Assembly (NCBI GenBank): GCA_038881895.1
Contig: JAVZOV010000004.1
Span: 34,521-98,520, forward strand
DNA: 64,000 nt
Source: Thermoprotei archaeon
Lineage (GTDB): Archaea > Thermoproteota > Thermoprotei > Gearchaeales > WAQG01
Direction of reading: 5' to 3'
The translations under genes and the position numbers were made by a program. Positions 28,336-37,988 of this stretch are shown in pieces. Each line of letters starts with the position of its first letter. Position 1 is the stretch's first letter. The notes beneath the pieces are model-generated. The model had not been told where the DNA came from. It ran no database searches and worked only from the letters and a program-made list of their open reading frames with translations.

Positions 28336-30324
28336 TTGAGTGTTGAACAAATTAAAAAAATCGCAGTAATAGGCGCTGGTACAATGGGACATGGAATAGC
28401 AGAAGTAATGGCATTAGCTGGGTATGAGGTTTGGATAACCGATATAGCCGAAGAATTTCTAAAAAACGCAATAGAGAAAATTAGATGGAGTGTTGGAAAA
28501 TTATATGAAAAAGGGCAAATCAAAGAAAATGTCGACACTGTACTCTCCAGAATACACGCTACACTATCGTTCGAAGAAACTGTTAGGAATGCGGACTTCA
28601 TGATAGAAGCAGTACCTGAGAAGCTGGATCTCAAAAAAGATGTATTCTCCAAAGCTGACAAAATTTTACCACCACATGCAATACTTGCTACAAATACAAG
28701 TAGTCTTCCTATAACGGAAATAGCTAATGTAACAAGCAGGCCTGAAAAAGTCATCGGCATGCACTTCTTTAACCCACCACCATTAATGCCATTAGTTGAA
28801 GTTGTTAAAGGTCAAAAAACTGATGATAACACAGTAAAAATAACGTATGAATTAACAAAGAAGATTGGAAAGCAGCCAGTCATAGTGAAAAAAGATGTAC
28901 CTGGATTCATAGTAAATAGAATACTGGGAAGATTACTTAACGCTGCGTGTTGGATAGTTGCAAATAAACAAGCCGATATTATTGAAGTTGACGCAACAGT
29001 ACGTTATAAATTAGGTTTTCCCATGGGAGCATTCGAGTTGGCCGATTATAGTGGGATAGATGTTTTCTATTTTGTGTTTAAAGCAATGAGCGAACGTGGG
29101 TATGTGGCTCACCCATGTCCATTATTTGAAGAGAAATTTAAAGCAAATGAATTAGGAATGAAAACAGGGAAAGGATTCTACACATATCCAGCACCAGGTA
29201 AATACGTACGACCAGAAATACCAAAAGAAAAAGCAGAAAAAGTAGACCCACTAATGATAATTGCTCCTGCAATAAATGAAGCATCATGGTTACTTAGAGA
29301 AGGAATAGCCAGCAGAGATGATATAGATAAAGCATGTAAACTAGGATTAGGATATCCAAAAGGCATTCTGGAATACGCCGATGAATATGGTATAGATCAC
29401 GTAGTAAGCACACTCGAAAGTCTCAAAAACATAACAGGATGGGAAGAACATAAGCCCGACCCATTACTTAAGCAAATGGTTAACGAGGGCAAACTCGGAA
29501 TGAGAACAGGAAAAGGATTCTATGAATACGGTGTCGTCGAAGAAAGAAAACTTTCCACAATTCTATTAAAACTCGAACCACCACTAGCATGGATAGTACT
29601 CAATAGACCAGAACGCTTAAATGCAATAAACATAGACATGTTAAAAGAATTAAACATAATATTAGATGAACTAGAAGAGGATGAAAGAATAAGAGTTATA
29701 ATACTAACAGGTTCTGGAAGAGCATTTAGTGCAGGAGCTGATGTAACAGGTTTCATGGGAATCACCCCAGTTAAAGCAGCAATATTCTCCAGAAAATTCC
29801 AAGAAATTCTAAATAAAATAGAATACTATACAAAACCAGTAATCATCGCTGTAAACGGATACGCACTAGGTGGAGGGCTCGAAATGGCAATGAGTGGTGA
29901 TATAAGAATAGCCTCCGAAACAGCACAATTAGGACAACCAGAAATAAACCTTGGTTTCATACCAGGTGCAGGAGGAACACAGAGACTATCAAGACTAACA
30001 GGGAGGAGCAAAGCTAAAGAAATAATCTTCACAGGCGATATGATATCAGCAAATGACGCACTAAAAATAGGGCTAGTTAACAACGTAGTACCACCAGAAA
30101 AACTCGAGGAAGAAACACGTAGGTTCGCATTAAAACTAGCAGAAAAACCACCACTAGCACTCATGGCAGCCAAGTATGCAATAAACTTTGGACTTGAATC
30201 AAACATATGGGCAGGCTTAGCATACGAAGCAAGCCTCTTTGGATTACTCTTCAGCACCGACGATGTAGTAGAAGGCGTGAGTGCATTCCTTGAAAAACGA
30301 AAACCAAAATTCAAAGGAAAATAA
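28336..30324 (+). CDS. Bifunctional 3-hydroxyacyl-CoA dehydrogenase (N-terminal) / enoyl-CoA hydratase (C-terminal) fusion
   Basis: NAD-binding IAVIGAGTMGHGIA at the N-terminus; crotonase-fold C-terminus (ALGGGLEMAMSGDIRIAS). Confidence 0.8.
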   Translation: MSVEQIKKIAVIGAGTMGHGIAEVMALAGYEVWITDIAEEFLKNAIEKIRWSVGKLYEKGQIKENVDTVLSRIHATLSFEETVRNADFMIEAVPEKLDLKKDVFSKADKILPPHAILATNTSSLPITEIANVTSRPEKVIGMHFFNPPPLMPLVEVVKGQKTDDNTVKITYELTKKIGKQPVIVKKDVPGFIVNRILGRLLNAACWIVANKQADIIEVDATVRYKLGFPMGAFELADYSGIDVFYFVFKAMSERGYVAHPCPLFEEKFKANELGMKTGKGFYTYPAPGKYVRPEIPKEKAEKVDPLMIIAPAINEASWLLREGIASRDDIDKACKLGLGYPKGILEYADEYGIDHVVSTLESLKNITGWEEHKPDPLLKQMVNEGKLGMRTGKGFYEYGVVEERKLSTILLKLEPPLAWIVLNRPERLNAINIDMLKELNIILDELEEDERIRVIILTGSGRAFSAGADVTGFMGITPVKAAIFSRKFQEILNKIEYYTKPVIIAVNGYALGGGLEMAMSGDIRIASETAQLGQPEINLGFIPGAGGTQRLSRLTGRSKAKEIIFTGDMISANDALKIGLVNNVVPPEKLEEETRRFALKLAEKPPLALMAAKYAINFGLESNIWAGLAYEASLFGLLFSTDDVVEGVSAFLEKRKPKFKGK

Positions 30325-30450
30325 ACCTCTTTTATTTTTTTATTTATAGACTACTAAAAACCACATTTAAGCATGATAGCTCATCATGCATCATATTACC
30401 CAAGATCTTAATAAAAGTTAAATACTATTACAGAATAAAATAATTTGGTT

Positions 30451-30574
30451 GGGGCCGTCGTTCAGCCTGGATTAGGATGCCAGCCTGGGGTGAATACCCC
30501 ACAGGGATTCCCGGAACGCTGGTGATCCGGGGTTCAAAACCCTGAAAAGGGTGAAAATCCCCGCGGCCCCACCA
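30451..30574 (+). tRNA. tRNA-Pro (anticodon GGG) with two predicted introns: 26 nt after position 37 and ~19 nt within the T-loop; genomically encoded CCA
   Basis: Manual folding: acceptor GGGGCCG/CGGCCCC, D-stem GTTC/GGAT, anticodon stem CCAGC/GCTGG with loop CUGGGG|intron|C, T-stem CGGGG/CCCCG enclosing 26 nt instead of 7. Confidence 0.65.
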
Positions 30575-30691
30575 TCTGTTTAAGAATTATGTTTAAATGA
30601 TTCCTTATTTCAAAAATAATAAAAAAGTTTATATTAATCATTTAAAGAAAAATTTATTCTTGTAAATAGATAGAACTACTGATGAACATGA

Positions 30692-30783
30692 TGGGGCCGG
30701 CCGGATTTGAACCGGCGATCCCCAGGGCCCGAGCCTGGTACTCTAGGTTTTTAGCTTCCTAGACCAAGCTAGACTACGGCCCC
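30692..30783 (-). tRNA. tRNA-Pro (anticodon CGG) with a ~16-nt insertion (probable non-canonical intron) in the D-arm; no encoded CCA
   Basis: Reverse complement folds as acceptor GGGGCCG/CGGCCCC, intact anticodon stem-loop CCAGG-CUCGGGC-CCUGG, T-arm GCCGG-UUCAAAU-CCGGC; the D-arm region is 38 nt instead of ~19. Confidence 0.6.
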
Positions 30784-30877
30784 GGATAAATATAAGGAGA
30801 ACAAATATAAATTTCTTTGTTGTATCACTATGTCCAAGCTTAAATAAGAGAGGGTTTATGTTTTAAGTTGATGCAAT

Positions 30878-31279
30878 GTGGGTATCATAGTAAAGGGTAT
30901 AATATTTAGCGGATTAGGTGAAGGTGCCTATTATTTGTCTCAAACAAATTATGTAAATCAAATACAAGAAAAATTAGGCTTCACACCATATCCAGGCACG
31001 CTCAATATTAAAATCGATAAGGATTTAGGTGTTCAGATTTTTAATGAACTCAAAGGATTTAAACATATACGACTAGATCCATTCTTTGATGGTAAACGTT
31101 TTTATGTTGGCGTCTCATGTTACAGAGCAAAAATTAATGGATCAATGTTTGGAGCAGTGATAAGAGCGGATAAAACATACTATGATGAAAGTGTTTTAGA
31201 GGTCATAGCACCTGTATATTTGCGCTCGCATTTTAATTTAAAAGATGGCGATCAGGTAATAGTAGAAATATTAGGGTAA
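30878..31279 (+). CDS. ribK: Archaeal CTP-dependent riboflavin kinase (RibK, MJ0056-like)
   Basis: Small ~130-aa protein with GxGEGAYY and PYPGTLN motifs typical of archaeal riboflavin kinase; GTG start. Confidence 0.65.
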   Translation: MGIIVKGIIFSGLGEGAYYLSQTNYVNQIQEKLGFTPYPGTLNIKIDKDLGVQIFNELKGFKHIRLDPFFDGKRFYVGVSCYRAKINGSMFGAVIRADKTYYDESVLEVIAPVYLRSHFNLKDGDQVIVEILG

Positions 31280-31433
31280 CCTTTTAGAGTGATCACATCA
31301 ATTAACTTGTTCATAAATCTCTTGTATTGATCTTGAACTGTTGTGATGATATTATATGCAGTTCTATACGTTCTTCAACGTTTTTTACTCCCTTTTATGC
31401 TTTAATAAAAATTCTTAATTTATAAGATTTCAG

Positions 31434-32315
31434 TTATTGTATAGAAGATGAGGGATTCCATTTTTTGTCGCATAGCTTTTTGTATACTTTAAAGTTGAGA
31501 TCCTTTAAAATTGGTGCAGCAGTTTTTTCTTGTACTTCTCTTAGACGCGTTATATCTATATCTGTAATAAGTACTGTGTCTTCTTCTTCGTTACCCTCTA
31601 CTATAAATCCATTTGGATTATAATCAGTCGTTGTAATGATTGCTGATTTTCCTCTCAGTTTGTATCCGAGCAGTTCGCCTGTAGGGTCTATTCCACTTGA
31701 GAGGGCAACAATACCTTGTGATTCTATTGCTCTTGCATGTGCAGAGAATCTTATCCAATTATATGCTCCTCTTCCAGGTGCTAGACTTGGCACTAAAAAT
31801 ATTTCGGCACCATCTAATCTCATTATTCTGAAGATTTCTGGAAATCCTACATCATAACATATTCCAGTTCCTATGATTATTCCATTATGTTTGAACGTTA
31901 ATACATTATCGCCTGTATAAAGTCCCATCTGCTTATCGAATAAGTGCAGATGTATTTTTCTATACTTTAATGCAGGTCCGTCAGGTCTAAAAATATGTGC
32001 TGTATTATAATAATTGTCATCATCCCCTAATGTTATCGTACTCCCAGCTAAAATTGTCATACCATATCTCTCTGTTAGTTCACTAAAAATTTCAACATAT
32101 CTGCCATAATAATCATAAAGAATTCTAGTTAAATCAAGAGATGGTTTTCCGAGCAATCTTTTATCCTCTACTAGTTCAAGGGATACTAATTCCGGAAAAA
32201 CGATAATATCAGCCTTTTCATGCCATGCTTTAACAGTATGCCTTGTTACGTGATCAGCAAATTCTTTGAATCCTCCACCAACACGAAACACATACTGAGA
32301 CACAGCAATCCTCAT
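31434..32315 (-). CDS. Carbon-nitrogen hydrolase (nitrilase superfamily)
   Basis: FPEL...(E), catalytic Cys context GTGICYDVGFPE; typical C-N hydrolase length. Confidence 0.75.
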   Translation of the reverse strand: MRIAVSQYVFRVGGGFKEFADHVTRHTVKAWHEKADIIVFPELVSLELVEDKRLLGKPSLDLTRILYDYYGRYVEIFSELTERYGMTILAGSTITLGDDDNYYNTAHIFRPDGPALKYRKIHLHLFDKQMGLYTGDNVLTFKHNGIIIGTGICYDVGFPEIFRIMRLDGAEIFLVPSLAPGRGAYNWIRFSAHARAIESQGIVALSSGIDPTGELLGYKLRGKSAIITTTDYNPNGFIVEGNEEEDTVLITDIDITRLREVQEKTAAPILKDLNFKVYKKLCDKKWNPSSSIQ

Positions 32316-32495
32316 AAATTAACCTCCAACTAATAACTATTTGATCATAAATATAAACTCTTAAGGAAAAGATATGCAGATTGTTATTTCTAAAGATTCG
32401 CTCTTTGAGATAAGATGATAATAGAAGTGATAAACCTTTTTCTAAGATAGGGTTTTTATAGAAAACTTTGTTTCTTCAGGATTGAAGAAAAACGT

Positions 32496-32885
32496 TCAGA
32501 TTATTTCGATTACGACTTTTTCAAACTTTTCATTCCATGCGCTAAATCGTCCTGTACGAGAATCTATTATAAGCCAGATTCCGGGCCAAGCTTTCATACC
32601 CTCATGATCTTTAGAACTAGGTTCTGGAGGTGCAGGATGCGTATGGTATATTCCAATAATTTCAAGCTTTTCAGATTCAGCTTGTTTAATCGCGTTGTAT
32701 GTATCGTTAGGTTTTATCTTAAAACTTACTTTAGTATTATCACTTGCATCTGCATCATATACATATTTTACTATGAAATCCTCTGATCCTCTGATTCCTA
32801 TTAGAAATCCTGCTAGTTCGACAGAGGACTTAACAGCTTTTTTTACTATCTTCTCGATATCATTCTTTTTTATTAATAGTCTCAT
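32496..32885 (-). CDS. JAMM/MPN+ metalloprotease (Mov34 family)
   Basis: JAMM motif IGIYHTHPAPPEPSSKD (H-x-H-x7-S-x2-D) with an upstream Glu; the likely start is the internal ATG (MRLLIKKND). Confidence 0.7.
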   Translation of the reverse strand: MRLLIKKNDIEKIVKKAVKSSVELAGFLIGIRGSEDFIVKYVYDADASDNTKVSFKIKPNDTYNAIKQAESEKLEIIGIYHTHPAPPEPSSKDHEGMKAWPGIWLIIDSRTGRFSAWNEKFEKVVIEII

Positions 32886-32990
32886 ACATGTATACCTATT
32901 CATAACCTATTAATAAATTTGACAACAGGACCTATGATTATGTGAAGAAGAAATTCTACAAAAGACAGCATAAATTATTTATATTTAAGC

Positions 32991-33650
32991 GTGTGTTTTC
33001 ATAATGTGAGTATTGATAATATCTTGCGTACAGCTTTAAGTAGTAAGGCGGTAGGACCTAAACCATCTTATGCATCAGTACATGTAATAAAATGTATAGA
33101 ACTTATAAGAGATCTAGGACCAATAGGCAGGCTTCGTCTTTCTAAGGAATTAAAACTCGGTGAGGGTTCAATGAAAACATTATTAGGAAAACTTAAGGAA
33201 TTAGGTCTGATCATTACAGAACGACAAGGATGCGCCTTAACTAATAAAGGTATTGAGGTAGGATTATGGCTTAAATCAAAAATACCCTCTCGTACATATT
33301 TAGGAAAAACAGTTCTAGCCATTGGTGATCACGCATATGCTCTACTAATAAGAAGTATCGACACGAAAAAACTAAAAACTGGGTTAGAACAACGTGATGC
33401 AGCACTTTTAGTTGGTGCACTGGGTGCATCAACGTTAATCGTGAGAAATAATCAAATAATACTACTACCTGATTTAAATGTTAACGAGAAATACCCTAAT
33501 GAGGCAGAAAGATTGCATGTATTATTAAATCCTCATGACGGAGATATAATAATAATCGGTAGCGGTGATAATCCACTGACAGCTGAGTTTGGCGCCCTTT
33601 CAGCATTTATTACGTTAATAAAAAATCCTGAAATCTTTAGAGTCGCATAA
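32991..33650 (+). CDS. Hypothetical protein with an N-terminal winged-helix-like segment
   Basis: ORF of 219 aa; no catalytic motif recognised. Confidence 0.35.
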   Translation: MCFHNVSIDNILRTALSSKAVGPKPSYASVHVIKCIELIRDLGPIGRLRLSKELKLGEGSMKTLLGKLKELGLIITERQGCALTNKGIEVGLWLKSKIPSRTYLGKTVLAIGDHAYALLIRSIDTKKLKTGLEQRDAALLVGALGASTLIVRNNQIILLPDLNVNEKYPNEAERLHVLLNPHDGDIIIIGSGDNPLTAEFGALSAFITLIKNPEIFRVA

Positions 33651-33682
33651 AGGTCATGATTACTTTAATTTTTATAAAACAA

Positions 33683-34756
33683 TTAAGACTTATTATTCTT
33701 AGTAGGATAAGATAATTTCTCCTCGGAAAATTCCCTGATTTTTTCCTCTTTTTGAATTAAATACTTTCCACTCTTAATAAATACAGATCCAGAAATCGTT
33801 ACATCAAACCATACCATTATGCCTCTAATCAATAATGTTGCGCTAGCAGCCACCGTTCTCGGAATCCCTATTATAATGAAAGATAATGTCATTCCGGTTT
33901 CAACAACCCCTAGTGCTGCCGGTATACCTATTGGCATTATTGTTAATGTAGAATAGATTGGGTATATGGAAAGGAGAATGATATAGTTTATGTTTTTATA
34001 TCCTAATGAGAGTAGCATGGAGTAAATCATTAGAGATCCAAAGATCCATTGGAGTGTCATCACCATTGTGGCTAAAAATATGAGATGCTTTCTATTTTTG
34101 CTTAACTGAATACCCTCGTTAATTCCTGATGCTAAATTGTCTATGTCGTACATTGTTTTATTTATGTTTCTAGGAATCTTGATGATCTTATGGAAGATGA
34201 TTATGAGCTTTTTAAGTATCATGCTAAATTTATTTGGATTCCTCACAAAGAAGACCAGCACTACTATGAGAAAAACCATTGATGCAATAAACCATAAAAT
34301 ATAACCAAGCAATAACGTTCTATTAGACTCATTCAAGAATATTCCTAGTATTATGAGGACTATAAGTAATACTGTATATATAAGGCGTTGGAAGGCGGCT
34401 GTTGCTATTAATTTGTCGGTTTGTCCATTATTTTTGTTTCGCACATAAAGTATTCTAAAAGTCTCCCCAGCTAATGATGCTGTGGGAATCATTATATCAC
34501 CAAAGATAGCAATCAGCGTTGCCTTCAAACTCTCAATATAATTAAGTTTCATACCCATAGCTCTGAGAAGTAAATGCCATCCGAGCGCACTAAGTAATAT
34601 AGCAAGTGATTCAAAAATTATTCCAAACAGAACGTATAACGGGTTTACATGAGAAATCGTGCTGTAAATCATAATAGGATTATTTAAGTAAATAAAAGTA
34701 ATAACTATTATGATACCTATTACCGTGAATAATACGACTCTTGTTTTGATGTTCAT
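33683..34756 (-). CDS. Polytopic membrane protein (flippase-like / UPF0104-like topology)
   Basis: Eight or more predicted TM helices; weak resemblance to the lysyl-PG-synthase-type transmembrane domain. Confidence 0.4.
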   Translation of the reverse strand: MNIKTRVVLFTVIGIIIVITFIYLNNPIMIYSTISHVNPLYVLFGIIFESLAILLSALGWHLLLRAMGMKLNYIESLKATLIAIFGDIMIPTASLAGETFRILYVRNKNNGQTDKLIATAAFQRLIYTVLLIVLIILGIFLNESNRTLLLGYILWFIASMVFLIVVLVFFVRNPNKFSMILKKLIIIFHKIIKIPRNINKTMYDIDNLASGINEGIQLSKNRKHLIFLATMVMTLQWIFGSLMIYSMLLSLGYKNINYIILLSIYPIYSTLTIMPIGIPAALGVVETGMTLSFIIIGIPRTVAASATLLIRGIMVWFDVTISGSVFIKSGKYLIQKEEKIREFSEEKLSYPTKNNKS

Positions 34757-34811
34757 TAAACAGTCTAATGAATACAGGTATATTAATATTTTGCAATTTA
34801 CTTAGTATGCC

Positions 34812-35360
34812 GTGAGCAAAATTCGAGTAAGATACTCAGAAGGACATATAATAGCATATGACCCGAAGGAAGCTCCTAAATTATTCAAGGAAGGCTTTTA
34901 TGGAAGACCTATTGGAATTGGCAAACCCAAAACATTTAATTTCGAAGCACCTCTTCAATTAAGTCTTTACGAAGCACTATATTTATTAGAAAATGGTGTT
35001 ATAGAGGTAGTAGACACTAACAATAATCCAGTATCCTTTGAGAAACTTTTTTTGGATGCGAAAAAGAATTATGAGGATTTTGATTTAGTATATTCAGTTT
35101 ATAAAGATCTCAGGAAGAAAGGTTTTGTGGTGAGACCAGGAATGAAATTTGGTACAACTTTTGCAGTTTACGAATATGGTCCAGGAATCGATCATGCACC
35201 GTTCCTAGTAGAAATAATGAAAAAGGACAGTAAGTTGAAAACTATTGATATAGTAGGTGCAGGAAGATTAACACATACTGTTAGAAAAAAGTTATTATTA
35301 GCAGTAGTTAATGAAGATAATAGTGTTAACTATTACATGTTCAGATGGATTAAATTTTAA
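34812..35360 (+). CDS. endA: tRNA-splicing endonuclease catalytic subunit
   Basis: Conserved EndA core ...DLRKKGFVVRPGMKFGTTFAVYEYGPGIDHAPFLV... (catalytic Tyr/His/Lys context); 182 aa, as in Sulfolobales catalytic subunits; GTG start. Confidence 0.8.
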   Translation: MSKIRVRYSEGHIIAYDPKEAPKLFKEGFYGRPIGIGKPKTFNFEAPLQLSLYEALYLLENGVIEVVDTNNNPVSFEKLFLDAKKNYEDFDLVYSVYKDLRKKGFVVRPGMKFGTTFAVYEYGPGIDHAPFLVEIMKKDSKLKTIDIVGAGRLTHTVRKKLLLAVVNEDNSVNYYMFRWIKF

Positions 35361-35444
35361 AATTAATGAAAAATAATCATGATTTTTCTCATATTCAAGT
35401 TAAATTAATATACAATAATCTTCATATTCTTCTATTGAGAAGTT

Positions 35445-35813
35445 ATGAAAACAGTAGGCATCATCGGGATGTTATTATTCCTTGGAATAATAATCCAAAT
35501 CGTTTTAGGACATGTTGCAGCCAATGATGTTTTCAGGAGTACAATAATACCTGTGCATATAGTAATAGGAGTGTTAGGATTGATACTAATAGGTTATGAA
35601 ACATTTTATGCACTAAAACACAGTAAGAATTATATTAAAATACTTACCATGCTTGCATTAGTTTTAGTTATAATACAAGTAGGGATAGGAGCAAGTATGA
35701 TGGAAAGCGACATAGAAAATTTAACAATTGCGCATCAAATAAACGCATATGCTCTCCTTATTCTGTTAGCTGGTATAGGATACTTAACGTTTAAAGGTTC
35801 TAAAGTAGAATAG
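35445..35813 (+). CDS. Small hypothetical membrane protein (4 TM)
   Basis: Hydrophobic 122-aa ORF. Confidence 0.35.
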   Translation: MKTVGIIGMLLFLGIIIQIVLGHVAANDVFRSTIIPVHIVIGVLGLILIGYETFYALKHSKNYIKILTMLALVLVIIQVGIGASMMESDIENLTIAHQINAYALLILLAGIGYLTFKGSKVE

Positions 35814-35847
35814 ATAAGAAAATAACGTTCTTATTTTTTTAATAAAG

Positions 35848-36579
35848 ATGATAAATATGAATATGAATGAAAAGGCCAAAACCATATTCAGAATCTTAAA
35901 AAGTACGTACAAAATTGATCTCAATGATTTTGCTGTTATGCATGTATTTAAAAAGAATGTTGATGTTTTTAAAGTCCTTGTCATTACAATTCTCACCCAA
36001 AATTCTACTGATAAAGCAGCTTATAGAGCATATCAAAAATTAGCAGATATGATCAATATAACACCAAGCGACATTGTTAATTTGGATATAAGAAAATTAA
36101 AAGATGCTATACGTGAAGCAGGCTTATATAACACAAAGGCTAATGCGCTGAAAAAACTTTCTAAGATAGTCCTAGAGAAATATAACGGATCTTTAGATTT
36201 TTTACTGAACATAGACTTAAATGAAGCTAGAAAAATACTAACATCTTTGCCTAAAGTTGGGCCTAAAACCGCTGATGTAGTCTTACTTATGTTAGGCAAG
36301 AGATCGACAATACCAATTGATACTCATATAAATAGAGTTTCAAAGAGATTGGGGCTTGTTTCTCAAAAAAGTGGTTATGAAGAAATACGTTTAATGCTCA
36401 TGAAACTCTATGATCCTAGCGAATATCTCGATGTTCACTTATTATTAATACAACATGGTAGAAAAACATGCAAAGCCATTCGTCCTAGATGCTCCGAGTG
36501 CCCAATCAACATATTATGTGATTATTATGATAGAGCAAAACAAACAAGCAATCCCAGCTTACTTACAAAAATGTTTTAA
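35848..36579 (+). CDS. nth: Endonuclease III (HhH-GPD DNA glycosylase with [4Fe-4S] cluster loop)
   Basis: LTQNSTD, helix-hairpin-helix GPKTADVVL, catalytic D in PIDTH, C-terminal C-x6-C-x2-C-x5-C cluster. Confidence 0.8.
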   Translation: MINMNMNEKAKTIFRILKSTYKIDLNDFAVMHVFKKNVDVFKVLVITILTQNSTDKAAYRAYQKLADMINITPSDIVNLDIRKLKDAIREAGLYNTKANALKKLSKIVLEKYNGSLDFLLNIDLNEARKILTSLPKVGPKTADVVLLMLGKRSTIPIDTHINRVSKRLGLVSQKSGYEEIRLMLMKLYDPSEYLDVHLLLIQHGRKTCKAIRPRCSECPINILCDYYDRAKQTSNPSLLTKMF

Positions 36580-36620
36580 GTAATAGGAAATATAAATAAT
36601 TTGAGTGTAGGATAATAGGG

Positions 36621-37988
36621 ATGGAAATGAAACTTTATTATGACAAAGGCACGATAGTATTAGTTAGCAGGGATCGTATTCCATTACAACTGGTAAAATT
36701 CTTTAAATTTGACCCTAGAATCAATGCGTATAGAAGCTTAGCAATGTATTATCCTGTTATCACATCAATACTTCGAAATTTAAAGATTAGTTTTCTAGAT
36801 AATGTCTTTTATCCTATGGGTTGCCTAAAATTTAATAAACGATTTGATGTGAAATTAAGAGGTTATCAGAGTAGAGCACTAAGCAACTGGATGAATACTG
36901 ATAAACGTGGAATAATTGTGCTACCTACAGGTTCAGGTAAGACACTTATAGGAATTATGGCGATTCTAGAGTTAAAAGAACCAACATTAGTAATCACACC
37001 AACAATAGAGTTGATGGATCAATGGGCTTTGCTTATTCAAAAATATCTTGATGTGGATGTAGGATTATATGGTGGTGGTGATAAAGAATTAAAGTGTATC
37101 ACTGTAACTACATACAGTTCTGCATACCTTAATGCTGAATTAATTGGCAATAGGTTTAAGTTAATAATATTCGATGAAGTACACCATTTACCTAGTGAAG
37201 GTTATAGACAGATTGCTGAACTTTCAGCCGCTCCGTATAGAATGGGCCTTACAGCCACACCAGAGAGAGAGGATGAGGCGCATAAAGATTTAGATCAATT
37301 AGTTGGCCCGATAGTATATAGAAGTGGTGTGAAAGATCTCGCAGGCTCATATTTAGCGAATTTTGAAATTAAAAGGATCTACGTGCCATTGACTAAAGAA
37401 GAATATGCAGAATATAAAAAGCTGAGTAGTATATATGAGGAATATTTCAAGAAACGTGGCTGGACCTTACGGTCATTAAGGGATTTCGAGAAATTTATAA
37501 TGAGAACGGGTAATGATATGAAAGCACGTAAAGCACTTCTAGCATGGAGTAGGGCTAGGTCTATTGCACTAAACTCTTCCACTAAAATGGAAAAATTACG
37601 TGAACTATTACGTTATCACAGAGGCGAACGCATTATCATATTCACTGAACATAATGAACTTGTTAAGCATATTTCTAATGAATTATTAATACCAATCATA
37701 ACACATAAAACTAGCGATGATGAAAGAAAAGCTGTCATGAATGGTTTCCGAACAGGAATATTCAGTACTATAGCAACTAGTAAGGTTCTCGAAGAAGGCA
37801 TCGATGTACCAGATGCAAACATTGCTATAATTCTTAGCGGGTCAGGTAGCAAACGAGAGTTCATACAAAGGCTTGGCAGAATACTAAGACCTAAGGAAGG
37901 TAAAAAAGCAATACTCTATGAAATAATAAGCTCAGGAACAAAAGAAGTACGCGTATCAAAGAAACGATCAAAAGCATTAGGTGAATAA
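36621..37988 (+). CDS. xpb: XPB/Rad25-type SF2 helicase
   Basis: Walker A PTGSGKT, Walker B DEVHH, RED motif (TATPEREDEAH); 455 aa. Confidence 0.75.
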   Translation: MEMKLYYDKGTIVLVSRDRIPLQLVKFFKFDPRINAYRSLAMYYPVITSILRNLKISFLDNVFYPMGCLKFNKRFDVKLRGYQSRALSNWMNTDKRGIIVLPTGSGKTLIGIMAILELKEPTLVITPTIELMDQWALLIQKYLDVDVGLYGGGDKELKCITVTTYSSAYLNAELIGNRFKLIIFDEVHHLPSEGYRQIAELSAAPYRMGLTATPEREDEAHKDLDQLVGPIVYRSGVKDLAGSYLANFEIKRIYVPLTKEEYAEYKKLSSIYEEYFKKRGWTLRSLRDFEKFIMRTGNDMKARKALLAWSRARSIALNSSTKMEKLRELLRYHRGERIIIFTEHNELVKHISNELLIPIITHKTSDDERKAVMNGFRTGIFSTIATSKVLEEGIDVPDANIAIILSGSGSKREFIQRLGRILRPKEGKKAILYEIISSGTKEVRVSKKRSKALGE

